Source of the DNA: Trueperaceae bacterium
GTDB lineage: Bacteria; Deinococcota; Deinococci; Deinococcales; Trueperaceae
Length of the DNA: 64,000 nucleotides
Direction of reading: 5' to 3'
Assembly (NCBI GenBank): GCA_965213705.1
Contig: OZ243913.1
Coordinates: 1,216,001-1,280,000, forward strand
Position 1 is the stretch's first letter. Every line of letters begins with the position of its first letter. Below the pieces are notes generated by a model. The model made no database searches. It was not told the origin of the DNA and was given only the letters and a program-made list of their open reading frames with translations. Below are positions 9,243 through 19,850 of the stretch, one piece after another. The position numbers were made by a program, and so were the translations under genes.

Positions 9243-12200
9243 GCATCGGCCAGCCCGAACGGGTCACACAGGACCGGGTAGTCACACTTTTTCGGGACGA
9301 ACTCGGCTACACCTACTTGGGCGACTGGCAATACCGCCACGGCAACAGCAACATTGAAGAGGAGCACCTGAGCGCTTACCTGACGCGCAACGGTTACACC
9401 CCAAATCAAATCAGCGCCGCTATGCGCGAACTCCGCGGCGCGGCCGACACTTTCGGTCGCAGCTTGTACGAGAACAACTTGGCGGTCTACAAGCTGCTGC
9501 GCTACGGCGCGCCAGTCCACACCGAAGCGGGCAAGAACGCCGAAACGGTGAAGTTCATCAACTGGGAGGAGCCGGAGCAGAACGACTTCTACATTGCTGA
9601 AGAGGTCACGCTTCAAGGCGACTTCGAGCGCCGCCCCGACGTAGTGCTGTACGTCAACGGCATCGCGGTGGCGGTCATCGAACTCAAGAACAGTCGTGTC
9701 ACCGTCGGCGACGGCGTCCGGCAACTGCTGAGTAACCAGCAGCCGCGCTTCCACGCGGGCTTTTTCAGCACCGTGCAGTTCGTGTTTGCCGGCAACGACT
9801 CCGAAGGCCTGCGCTACGGCACCATCGGCACGCCGGAGAAGTATTTTCTGAAGTGGAAAGAAGACGAGGCGGACAACAGCCGCTTCAAGCTGGACAAGTA
9901 CCTTCTCAAGATGTGCGCCAAGGCGCGCTTCTTAGAGCTGATGCAAGACCTTATCGTCTTCGATGGCGGTACTAAAAAAGTGCCACGGGTGCATCAGTAT
10001 TTCGGCGTCAAGGCAGCCCAGGAGCACGTCTCAAGGTCCGAGGGTGGCATCATCTGGCACACGCAAGGGTCGGGCAAAAGCATCGTGATGGTGCTGCTGG
10101 CGAAGTGGCTGTTGGAGAACAACCCACACGCGCGTGTGGTCATCGTGACCGACCGCGACGAGTTGGACAAGCAAATCGAAGGCGTGTTCCAAGCGGCCGG
10201 CGAGACCATCCACCGCACCAGCAGCGGCCGCGACCTGATGCGCCAGCTCGGCGAGGCGACGCCGCGACTGCTGTGCTCCTTGGTTCACAAGTTCGGCCGT
10301 AAAAAGGTTGACGACTTCGAAACTTTCATCAACGAGCTGGAAGCCGCGCCCGACCCGGCGCAGGGTGAGCTGTTCGTGTTTGTGGACGAGTGCCACCGCA
10401 CCCAGAGCGGCAAACTACACCGCATCATGAAAGCGCTCCTGCCTAAAGCAGTCTTTGTCGGCTTCACCGGCACGCCCCTTCTCAAGAAAGACAAACAGAC
10501 GAGCCTGGAAGTGTTCGGCGGCTACATCCACACCTACAAATTCAAAGAGGCGGTTGACGACGACGTTATCCTCGACCTCATCTACGAAGCTCGTGACATT
10601 GACCAGCGCCTGGGTTCGCAAGCGCGCATCGACGCCTGGTTCGACGCCAAGACGCGCGGGCTCAACGAGTGGCAACGGGCCGCGCTACGTGAGCGGTGGG
10701 GCACCATGCAAAAGGTGCTCAGCTCAAAGTCGCGCATGGACCAAGTGGTCAGCGACATCGTTTTCGACTTTGGGGTGAAACCTCGTTTAAGCAACGACCG
10801 CGGCACGGCCATCCTCGTCGCCTCGAGCATCTACGAGGCTTGCAAATACCACGCGCTGTTTCAACGGACGGCGTTCCGGGGAAAGTGCGCCGTCGTTACC
10901 TCGTATAACCCTTACGCGGGCGACATCACCACCGAGGACACCGGCGCAAACACGGAAACCGACAAAGAGTTCATCTACGCCACCTACACCGAGCTTCTGA
11001 AAGACGTCGTCCCCCAACCGAACAAGACCAAGACCGAGACTTATGAGGACTGGGCCAAAGACCGCTTCAAAAACCAGCCCGCCAATATGAAGCTTTTGGT
11101 CGTAGTGGACAAGCTCCTGACCGGCTTCGACGCGCCGAGCTGCACCTACCTCTACATCGACAAGAGTATGCAAGACCACGCGCTCTTCCAGGCCATCTGC
11201 CGCACCAACCGGCTCGACGGCGACGACAAAGAGTTTGGCTACGTCGTGGACTACAAAGACTTGTTCAACAAGGTCGAGAAGGCCATCTCTGTTTACTCTT
11301 CCGAACTCGACCACAGTGTCGGCGGCACCGACCCCGAGGTGCTCATGAACGCGCGCCTTGCGAAGGGCAAAGAACGGCTGGACACCGCCCTCGAGGCCAT
11401 CCACCTCCTGTGTCAACCCGTGCCACCCCCCAAGGGTGAACTCGAGCATATCCACTACTTTTGCGGTAACACCGAAATGCCCGACGACTTAAAAGCGCAC
11501 GAGCCGCGCCGCGCCGCGCTCTACCAGGCGACAGCGGCATTGCTCAGGGCCTACGCCAACATCGCCGACGAGCTTTTGGCCGCTGGGTACAGTGACGGCG
11601 AGGTTACCCGCCTCAAAGACGCGCTCGAGCGGTATCTAAAGCTGCGCGACGTCGTCCGCCGGGCGAGTGGGGAAACGCTCGACTTAAAAACCTATGAAGC
11701 CGACATGCGGCACCTCATCGACACCTACATCGAGGCGGACGAGCCGCGAAAAATCTCTCCCTTCGACGATATGCCGCTGCTCGAGCTTATCGCCAAGACG
11801 GGCATCGCCAACGCCATCGACACCCTGCCGGAAAGTATCAAAGGTAATGAAACGGCTGTCGCCGAGACCATTGAAAACAACGTGCGCAGCAAAATCATCA
11901 AAGAGCACCTGAACGACCCGACTTACTACGGGCAGATGTCTAAACTTCTCGACGAAATCATCGCCAACCGCAAGGCCAAAGCCTTAGAGTACGAGGCGTA
12001 CCTGGCTCAGGTCGCCGAGCTGGCCCGCCGCGTAGAAGCAGGCCAAGCCGACGACACTCCGGAACGGCTTAACACGCCGGGGCTACGCGCGCTCTACGGC
12101 AGCCTGGGTCAGGACGAACACCTCGCCCTACAAGTTCATGAGACGGTGATGCGGGTCCGCCCCGACGACTGGCGCGGCACCGACACCCGCGAGAAGGTTA

Positions 12201-12285
12201 TCAACGCGCCATGTTGGACATCTTGCACCATGAGGCCGAGGTCGAGCGGCTTTTTCTCATCATCGAAAAGCAAAGGGAATACTGA
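9239..12285 (+). CDS. hsdR: Type I R-M restriction subunit (1-nt deletion near 12203 shifts the last ~28 codons)
   Basis: RPDVVLYVNGI..IELK, HTQGSGKS, DECHR, FTGTP, DKLLTGFD, QAICRTNR; adding one base gives KVIKRAMLDILHHEAEVERLFLIIEKQREY* with TGA overlapping the next ATG. Confidence 0.93.
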
Positions 12286-12998
12286 TGCCGCGACTCAAAC
12301 TCGGCGACGTCACGGTGGACGTGGTGCAAAAAGATATTAAGAACATTCACTTGAGCGTCTACCCGCCCGTGGGCCGGGTGCGCATTTCTGCGCCTGAGCG
12401 GATGGACTTGGACACCATCCGCGGCTTCGCCATCGCCAAATTGGGTTGGATCAAAGAGCAGCAGCGCAAGCTGCAAGCGCAGCAGCGTGAAACCCCGCGG
12501 GAGTACCTGGACCGGGAAAGCCATTATGTTTGGGGTAAGCGTTACCTGCTCGACGTCGCCGAGCACGACGGACCCGCTAAGGTAGACCTCGAGCACAGTA
12601 AGCTGGTGCTCTGGGTACGACCGGACGCCTCCGACGAAGCAAAGCAGGCAGCGGTCGAAAGCTGGTACCGCGAGCAGCTCAAAGAGGCGGTTCCCTCCTT
12701 AATTGCCAAATGGGAGCCCATGTTAGACGTAAAAGTGGAAAAATTCTTCGTACAGCGCATGAAGACCAGGTGGGGCAGTTGCAATCCGGGGTCAAGAAAT
12801 ATTCGGCTCAACACGGAGCTAGCGAAGAAGCCGCCCGAGTGTCTCGAGTATATCGTCGTGCATGAGATGGTTCACCTGCTCGAGCCTACGCATAACGACA
12901 GTTTTGTTGGGTTGATGAACCAGTATCTGCCGAAGTGGGCGTATTTCAGAGGAATGTTGAATAAACTTCCGGTGAGGCATGAGGACTGGTCTTACTAA
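12285..12998 (+). CDS. M48/SprT-like zinc metallopeptidase (YgjP/DUF45 family), R-M associated
   Basis: MKTRWGSC, LEYIVVHEMVHLLEPTH (HExxH). Confidence 0.9.
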   Translation: MPRLKLGDVTVDVVQKDIKNIHLSVYPPVGRVRISAPERMDLDTIRGFAIAKLGWIKEQQRKLQAQQRETPREYLDRESHYVWGKRYLLDVAEHDGPAKVDLEHSKLVLWVRPDASDEAKQAAVESWYREQLKEAVPSLIAKWEPMLDVKVEKFFVQRMKTRWGSCNPGSRNIRLNTELAKKPPECLEYIVVHEMVHLLEPTHNDSFVGLMNQYLPKWAYFRGMLNKLPVRHEDWSY

Positions 12999-13444
12999 AA
13001 ATTTTACCAAATCTCTGTACTTCACCTCTTTCTAGCGACCCCTTCAAACGAGACTGCCCGCAAGCGTCGACGCCGTGACCGTCCACGGCTTGGGCCGCTG
13101 CACCTTGTACCGCTACCTGGGATAGCTCCCTGATTGGAATACTGGAAACGGCGCAATTTTCATCTAAGCTCGGAAAGAATGGTGCTGTAGATGATTGAAG
13201 ATTTATGCCTTACCTGACTACCCCGGAAATCGTGTTGCCGTGCAACCAATACAAAGGGGAAGCCTACAAAGGCTAGGGCGTACATCCCCTAAACATACAA
13301 GATGTGCTATTCTAACGTTGCTTGTACGCGATATTGAGACTTGAACGAAGACATAGGCACTTGAGCGGTCCCACCCCGCGCTGATAAAGGCCGAAGCCTC
13401 CAAGAATCACCGTCGTGGACTGCGAATCTAGTGGAGGTGTTTTC

Positions 13445-14446
13445 ATGTTCCCCCTCGAAACGAGAGACCCTTACAGTCCCGACTCACCTTTTCCAGGAAA
13501 GTTTCAAATACTTTCGCTCGACGGCGGTGGTCTAAAGGGTGTTTACTCAGCGGCCGTTTTAGCGGCGTTTGAGGACGACGAGCAAGTAAGTATCGCTGAC
13601 CATTTCGACCTTATTGCTGGCACCTCCACGGGTGGCATCATCGCTTTGGCATTAGCTAGTGGGCTGAGCGCCAAGAAAATTGTTGAGTTCTATGAGCGGT
13701 ATGGGCTGGTTATTTTTCCCCGGCTGCGCTTTGGTTGGTGGAACCGCTTTTTCTCACACGGGTATAAGCAGGAACCCCTGAAGGATGCCCTGGTAGAAAC
13801 CTTTGGTGAGCACAAAACCATAGCCGATCTAAAAAAACGTGTGGTCATTCCCAGCTTTAATTTAGAGGAAGGGGCAGTCTATATTTTTAAAACACCCCAT
13901 CATTCGCGCTTCAAACGAGACGGTAAAGCCCCACTTTGGCAAGTAGCTCTCGCTACGAGCGCAGCGCCGACCTATTTTCCTGCCAGCACCCACTTAGAAG
14001 GTCTCCGCCTCATAGACGGCGGGGTGTGGGCAAATAATCCTTCTTTGGTGGCGGTGCTCGAGGCCAAAAGTGTACTGGGTGCGTCACTGGAAAACATCTA
14101 CGTTCTAAGTTTGGGGACGACAAAAGATTTGGTTAACAGACCTCTGGATTTAGATACGGGAGGACTAAAACAGTGGGCTGAGCCTGCGGCAGACGTCATT
14201 ATGCAAGCGCAGTCGACGGCCGTAAACAACCATCTCTTGCACCTGCTCCCGCGCGAAAACACAACCCGTTTAGACATGCTCGTTCCCGAGGGCATATTCA
14301 AGCTGGATCAAATCGACTATGCCCGTCTCAAAGCTAAAGCCCGTCACACAAGCCGCCACGACTGTCCCAAAATTCAACCCTTCTTGACCCACAGACCTAC
14401 GCCTTACCGACCCTTCAAAAAAGGAGATACCCATGTTAGCTATTAA
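13445..14446 (+). CDS. capV: CBASS patatin-like phospholipase effector (CapV-like)
   Basis: LSLDGGGLKG, GTSTG, ATSAAPTYF, DGGVWANNP; GGAGG RBS; immediately upstream of a CD-NTase. Confidence 0.85.
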   Translation: MFPLETRDPYSPDSPFPGKFQILSLDGGGLKGVYSAAVLAAFEDDEQVSIADHFDLIAGTSTGGIIALALASGLSAKKIVEFYERYGLVIFPRLRFGWWNRFFSHGYKQEPLKDALVETFGEHKTIADLKKRVVIPSFNLEEGAVYIFKTPHHSRFKRDGKAPLWQVALATSAAPTYFPASTHLEGLRLIDGGVWANNPSLVAVLEAKSVLGASLENIYVLSLGTTKDLVNRPLDLDTGGLKQWAEPAADVIMQAQSTAVNNHLLHLLPRENTTRLDMLVPEGIFKLDQIDYARLKAKARHTSRHDCPKIQPFLTHRPTPYRPFKKGDTHVSY

Positions 14447-15626
14447 AACCATGACACCTGTTCAAGCGCTGGTGGAAGCACTGGAGATCCCCGACTCTGC
14501 GTATGAAGCGGCGGCAGACCGTTACCGGGACCTTGGCGAATGGTTGCATGACGAGGCCAAAGCGAAGAGCGCCCTTTTCGACCCGGAGGTTCGTTCACAA
14601 GGCTCGTTCCGCCTTGGGACAGCCAATAGACCGTGGAAACGCGAAAGCTATGACCTGGATTTTGGCTGCACGTTCAAACGTGGGGTAGAGAAGACCGATT
14701 TCACCCAGGAGCAGGTGAAACGGCTTCTCGGCAGCGATTTGGAAGCGTACCGCCGTGAACGCGGCATTCACGATGAACTCGAAGAAAAACATCGTTGCTG
14801 GCGGCTGAACTACCAGGATCGTCTTTTGTTCCATATGGACGTCGTGCCGAGTATCCCTCACGATGAAGTCACACGCCGACAGCTTCAGGGAAGCATGACC
14901 AACACCGGGTTCGACATTCGCCTGGCACACGAGGTCTCAGAATTTGCGGTCGCAATCACGGATGACAGGCACCTCCAGTACCGACGGTTGACGGCTGATT
15001 GGTTGGTCAGCAATGCTGAAGGCTACGCCTTGTGGTTCGAGTGGCGCGTGCGCCAAGCACAAGAGGTGATGAAATCTATAATTATGAACAGGGGCGTAGC
15101 GAGCATTGCTGATTTACCCACCTATAAGTGGAAGACGCCGCTTCAACAGTGTGTGCAGGTTCTCAAGCGCCATCGCGATGTCATGTTCGAAAACGACTCG
15201 GACATCAAACCTCCTTCAATTATCCTTACCACCTTGGCGGCTAGGGCATACGAGGGAGAAGCGGATTTGCAGGCAGCCCTAGGAAATATCCTGGCGAACA
15301 TGGAGGGGTTCGTAAATACAACTTATCCCAGAGTTCCCAACCCTGTGAATCCGAGTGAAGATTTTGCCGACCGGTGGGCCACAAAAGAGGGACGTGAGTT
15401 GCAGCTCGAGCAAAACTTTTGGCTGTGGCTCGCACAAGCCAGAAGTGACTTCGCCATTATTACCTCGTCCGGCAGCACAGATGTTATTGCCGAGCAGGCG
15501 TCGCAGAAGTACGGGGTTCACCTGGACCAGCAAACCCTAGATGGACTCGTTAACGTAGTACCCAGCGTTTCAGCACCGGTCAGACCTTACAAGATAACGC
15601 AAGCGCCCAAGCCGTGGTGCCGTTGA
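14433..15626 (+). CDS. CBASS cyclic oligonucleotide synthase (CD-NTase)
   Basis: QGSFRLGT, YDLD, FHMDVVP, LKRHRD, PSIILTTLAA..Y.GE, NPVNP.EDFADRW. Confidence 0.92.
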   Translation: MLAIKTMTPVQALVEALEIPDSAYEAAADRYRDLGEWLHDEAKAKSALFDPEVRSQGSFRLGTANRPWKRESYDLDFGCTFKRGVEKTDFTQEQVKRLLGSDLEAYRRERGIHDELEEKHRCWRLNYQDRLLFHMDVVPSIPHDEVTRRQLQGSMTNTGFDIRLAHEVSEFAVAITDDRHLQYRRLTADWLVSNAEGYALWFEWRVRQAQEVMKSIIMNRGVASIADLPTYKWKTPLQQCVQVLKRHRDVMFENDSDIKPPSIILTTLAARAYEGEADLQAALGNILANMEGFVNTTYPRVPNPVNPSEDFADRWATKEGRELQLEQNFWLWLAQARSDFAIITSSGSTDVIAEQASQKYGVHLDQQTLDGLVNVVPSVSAPVRPYKITQAPKPWCR

Positions 15627-16279
15627 CAGTCGATTATCAAGCGGTAGGCTTGCAAAACTTCCTGCAAGCCTACCCGCGTATGGCGGTCAGACCGACTAAA
15701 CGCCAAGCACTGTTGCTGGAGGGGCAGTTCGACTTCACGGCCGCGGCTGACGAACACAAGGCCATCACGGATAGCTACCAGCTCCGCATCTACGTGCCAC
15801 TTAAGTTCCCCAGAGAAATTCCATTGGTACATGAGACACGAGGTCGCATTCCGAGAACGGGCCAGTACCACGTCAATTCTGATGGCTCACTTTGTCTAGG
15901 TTCACGCCTCCGGTTACTCCAGTTGATTGCCACATCCGCAACGCTGACCGGGTTTGCTGAACACTGCTTGATTCCATATTTGTTTGCTGTTTCATACAAG
16001 CTCCAACACGGAGGAGCACTTCCCTTCGGGGAACTGGCGCATGGCCTACCTGGTGAGCTTGTGGACTATGTGGAACTTTTCGGCCTTCAGACGACAGACC
16101 AGGCGCGAGCCACTTTGCAGTATCTTGGAATGAAGAAAAGGAAGGCCAACAAACGTCCCTGCCCTTGTGGCTGTGGTCGCCGGTTGAGCCAGTGCCGATT
16201 CAACAACAAGGTGAGAAAGTTTAGACGGTTGGCAGAAAGAAGCTGGTTTAGGTCGGTTGCGAACATAAACAATAGATAG
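15614..16279 (+). CDS. Prokaryotic E2 (ubiquitin-conjugating-like) protein with C-terminal SEC-C zinc motif, CBASS ancillary
   Basis: I.VP.KFPREIP.VHE...HVNSDGSLCLG (catalytic Cys); CPCGCGRRLSQC. Confidence 0.85.
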   Translation: MVPLTVDYQAVGLQNFLQAYPRMAVRPTKRQALLLEGQFDFTAAADEHKAITDSYQLRIYVPLKFPREIPLVHETRGRIPRTGQYHVNSDGSLCLGSRLRLLQLIATSATLTGFAEHCLIPYLFAVSYKLQHGGALPFGELAHGLPGELVDYVELFGLQTTDQARATLQYLGMKKRKANKRPCPCGCGRRLSQCRFNNKVRKFRRLAERSWFRSVANINNR

Positions 16280-16618
16280 ATTGAGCATTTACATCTACCC
16301 GTGGGAATCCGTTCTATTGGTACGTCTCCAACGTCATATCAAAAGGCCGTTACGCGGCGACAAATCCGACTGGGCCACCCCTATCAAAGTGCGTATCATA
16401 ATGTCCTCTCTGTTACGCACTCTCCTCGTCTTCTGCCTCAAGGACTCTCTTCCGAAGGACCCGAGCTACGCCTCAACGGTAAGTGCCTCAGCCCCAGCCC
16501 AGCGCCGGTGAGTCAGGGGGTACATTTGGAGAGAAACTCCAGGCTTGTTGAACTAGAAAGTTTCGGTTGTCGCCACAGCCAACGTTTCAAAAAAAGCTCG
16601 TTTTTGCTACCATGTCCT

Positions 16619-17122
16619 ATGACCCAAGTCGAGCTAGGGCAAAAGATTCACATGTTTCTACGCTTTCACGACTCGCTTGCCGCGGTGGTCAAAGACTCTC
16701 GCGCCTGGCGACAAGTGCAGCGCGGCCGGGAGCACAACCTGACTCTTTACGAAGCCGAACTAACGTCGCTGGGCCTAGAGCCGAGTCCGCTACTGGAAGA
16801 GCATCCCGCCTACCTCGCCTTTCGTGAAGCCGCAGTCCAAAACCGCTACGTCGACCCTGACAAAAACAACCTCGTCGAGCTGGGTGAGTGCCGGGCGGTC
16901 GACTCCAAAGCGGTCATGGACGTCAGCGGTGACGACATAGCTTTTGTGGACGTGAGCATGGTTCACCGCTACAGCCTTTATGTCGACGTGACGACCGGCA
17001 ATATCTACGCCAACGACCCAAACCCCGGTTCAGACGGCACATATCGGTTTATAAGCGACGAGTTTTTGTCCCCCAAGTGGCGAAAGAAGGCAGACGTCGT
17101 AGTTGCTGCGCATAAAGAGTAG
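16619..17122 (+). CDS. Hypothetical protein
   Basis: 3' part of ORF 16301-17122 has host-like codon usage; start uncertain. Confidence 0.5.
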   Translation: MTQVELGQKIHMFLRFHDSLAAVVKDSRAWRQVQRGREHNLTLYEAELTSLGLEPSPLLEEHPAYLAFREAAVQNRYVDPDKNNLVELGECRAVDSKAVMDVSGDDIAFVDVSMVHRYSLYVDVTTGNIYANDPNPGSDGTYRFISDEFLSPKWRKKADVVVAAHKE

Positions 17123-17180
17123 CTACCCTAAAACAACTTTTCCTTACTATGCTATCCTTACAGTGTAAGTAAGGAGAAAC

Positions 17181-17420
17181 ATGGAGAAGGAAGCAACCCT
17201 CACAAGCAAAGGCCAGCTCACCCTACCCGCCGACATCCGCCGCGCCCTGCGGCTCGAGCGCGGCGATAAGGTCGTCTTTTCAACAGAAGGCGACACGGTG
17301 ACTTTGCGCCGAGCGCCCAAAGCCAACACTTTCGCCGCCTATGCAGGACGCTACCGCGAAGGCGCGGGAAAGACCCGCGAAACCATCAACACCGAACTGC
17401 GTGAGTTGCGCGGCGAGTGA
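17181..17420 (+). CDS. AbrB/MazE-type antitoxin
   Basis: ATLTSKGQLTLPADIRRAL; AAGGAG RBS; CCTTAC/GTAAG repeats upstream. Confidence 0.88.
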   Translation: MEKEATLTSKGQLTLPADIRRALRLERGDKVVFSTEGDTVTLRRAPKANTFAAYAGRYREGAGKTRETINTELRELRGE

Positions 17421-17842
17421 CCGCGGTCGACAGCAACGTGTTTGTCGGCTTGCTGGCAGGCACCGAACATGAAACCGAGGTGGCGCAGCGAGCCTTAGAG
17501 GGGGCAGCTACGGAAGGCCCACTCATCCTCTGCCCGGCGGTTTACTCCGAGCTGATGGCGATGCCCGGCATGAGCGAAGAAGAGTTGGACGTTTTTGTAG
17601 AAGCTAACGGCCTCACTGTGGAGTGGCTGTTGGATCCTGAAGTGTGGCGAGCGGCTGGACAGGCTTACGCTGCTTATGCGACGCGCCGTCGCCGGCAGAA
17701 AGGGGACGAGGGGCCGCGGCGCATCCTGGCCGACTTTGTTATCGGCGCGCACGCGACGTTGGCAACAGGTAAGCTTCTTACGCTCGACCCGCAACTCTAC
17801 CGAGCAAACTTTGTGGGCTTAGAGGTGGTCGTACCAGCTTGA
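17417..17842 (+). CDS. vapC: PIN-domain (VapC) toxin
   Basis: AVDSNV, E, ADFVIGAHA, LLTLD; GTGA overlap with the antitoxin. Confidence 0.88.
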   Translation: MTAVDSNVFVGLLAGTEHETEVAQRALEGAATEGPLILCPAVYSELMAMPGMSEEELDVFVEANGLTVEWLLDPEVWRAAGQAYAAYATRRRRQKGDEGPRRILADFVIGAHATLATGKLLTLDPQLYRANFVGLEVVVPA

Positions 17843-18102
17843 GGGTGAGTTGGGCCTGAGGCGAGGCTAGGCTGACCTTCTGCGCCACTTTTCAAGGTGA
17901 GCATAAAAGGGTGTCAAAACTGCCCCTGGGAAACCCCGTCAAACAGGGGCTCGAGCCCGTCCCTTTTGCCCGAGCCTAAAACGACCATTTTCAACCTTCG
18001 ATTGCACCAACGTCAGGTTTCACCACGATTGCATCCGCTGGAACAAAATGTACTTTGACCAACTAAGCTGGCGGCACAAGTAAGCAAACCTGTCAGAATT
18101 CC

Positions 18103-18984
18103 CTAACCCTTCAAACCTGATGCTGTGACACCCTCGATGACCCAACGCTGCGCAAACAAGAACACCAAAACCATAGGCACTACACTGATGACGGTTCCGG
18201 CCATGACAAGGTTCCACTGCGTCTGTCCTGGATAAAGCCCCTGAAGCGTCGCGAGTGCCAAGGGCAGTGTCATGAATTTGCGGTCGCTGACGATAAGCAG
18301 CGGCCAGAGAAAGTTGTTCCAGGAAGCCATAAAGCTAAAAATCCCAAGTGTGGCGAAGGCGGGGCCGGAGATGGGCACGATGACTCGTAAAAAGGTCGTG
18401 AAGGTGCTCGCGCCGTCAAGGGTGGCGGCTTCCTCGAGTTCGCCAGGTAGGTTTAGAAAAAACTGGCGCATCAGAAACGTTCCGAACGCGCTGAACATGG
18501 GCGGGACGATCAAACCGGCGTACGAGTTTGTCCAACCAAGGGTTTTGACGATGATGAAAAGCGGCGTGACGGTAACCGCGAAGGGCACCATGAGGGTGGC
18601 TAGGTAGAGGTAAAAGAGGACGTCGCGTCCCCGGAACTTGAACCGGGCGAAGGCATAGCCGCTCATCGAGCACAAAACGAGCTGACCGAGGGTGGTGGCG
18701 AGCGCGACGACAGCCGAGTTGAAGAATACGCGGGCCATCGGGAAGCTCGTCATCACCTGACGGTACGGTTCGACTGTCGGCTGGGCGGGGATGAGTTGTG
18801 GCGGCAGGGTCAGCAAGGCGTTGCTCGGCTTAAGGCTGGTCGAGAGCATCCACACGAAGGGCAGCAGCATGACGAAAGCCCCCAGAGTGATCAGCAATGT
18901 GACGAGGAGAGTGCGGGTGTTAAGCCGCATTCGCGCACTGGAGCGTGCCTGCGCGCCGACCCGCTCTAAACTCTTTTGTGTCAC
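18103..18984 (-). CDS. Carbohydrate ABC transporter permease (MalG-like)
   Basis: ELEEAATLDGAS EAA loop, WNNFLWPL; GTGA overlap with the upstream gene. Confidence 0.92.
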   Translation of the reverse strand: MTQKSLERVGAQARSSARMRLNTRTLLVTLLITLGAFVMLLPFVWMLSTSLKPSNALLTLPPQLIPAQPTVEPYRQVMTSFPMARVFFNSAVVALATTLGQLVLCSMSGYAFARFKFRGRDVLFYLYLATLMVPFAVTVTPLFIIVKTLGWTNSYAGLIVPPMFSAFGTFLMRQFFLNLPGELEEAATLDGASTFTTFLRVIVPISGPAFATLGIFSFMASWNNFLWPLLIVSDRKFMTLPLALATLQGLYPGQTQWNLVMAGTVISVVPMVLVFLFAQRWVIEGVTASGLKG

Positions 18985-19850
18985 GTCCACCGCCGCTCGA
19001 GCCGTGACAGGACGAAGGTGGTGGAGAATATCAGCACGAACAGCGCCCACGACATGGCCGACGCGTAACCCATACGGCTGAAAGAAAAGGCGTTTTTGAC
19101 AATTCGCTCCACCAACACGGTCGTCGCGCCCGCGGGGCCGCCGCCGGTCATGACGTACACCTGGTCGAACACCTGAAACGAGTTGATAAGGCTGATGGTA
19201 AGTGCAAAAAAGAGGGCCGGGAAGAGCAAGGGAAGCGTGATGTGGCGGAGCTGTTGACATCCAGCAGCTCCGTCGATGCTGGCCGCCTCGTAATACTCGC
19301 GGGGGATGCCCTGCAAACCGGCCAACAGAATGACCATCACGAAGCCGACGTCTTTCCAAACACTCGTCAGGATGACCGCGAACATAGCCCAGCTCGGGTC
19401 GAACAGCCACGCCGGGCCCTGAATGCCTGCGTAAGAGAGGCTGTTGTTGACGAGTCCATAAGCAGGGTTGAGCAGCCATTTCCACACCAGCGCCACCGCC
19501 ACCCAGGAGGTGACGACGGGCAGAAAGTAGACGGCGCGGAAAAAGTTGCGCGCCGGGATGCGGCTGTTCAGGGCGACAGCTACCAAAAGCCCGGCGGTCA
19601 TCACGAGGGGAAGGTAGCCGCCCAGAAAGGTCAAGGTGTGGCGCAGGGCGGTTCGGAACTCGATATCGTCAGCCAAACGGCGAAAGTTTTGCAGACCCGT
19701 GAACTCGGGCGGCGTGAGCAAGTCCCAAGACGCGAACGACAACCCGAGGGAGGCAAGGATCGGCCCCACCAAAAAAAGGAGCACGCCGACGAGGCTCGGC
19801 CCCAAGAAAAGCAGGTAAGTCAGTGCGCGCCGCCCGCCCCGCTCGTACAT
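18981..19850 (-). CDS. Carbohydrate ABC transporter permease (MalF-like)
   Basis: YYEAASIDGA, FQVFDQVYVMTGGGP. Confidence 0.92.
   Translation of the reverse strand: MYERGGRRALTYLLFLGPSLVGVLLFLVGPILASLGLSFASWDLLTPPEFTGLQNFRRLADDIEFRTALRHTLTFLGGYLPLVMTAGLLVAVALNSRIPARNFFRAVYFLPVVTSWVAVALVWKWLLNPAYGLVNNSLSYAGIQGPAWLFDPSWAMFAVILTSVWKDVGFVMVILLAGLQGIPREYYEAASIDGAAGCQQLRHITLPLLFPALFFALTISLINSFQVFDQVYVMTGGGPAGATTVLVERIVKNAFSFSRMGYASAMSWALFVLIFSTTFVLSRLERRWT

Noticed and set aside
12286..12340. HsdR C-terminal tail as given in the ORF track
   Set aside because: Product of a 1-nt deletion; the natural stop is at 12283-12285
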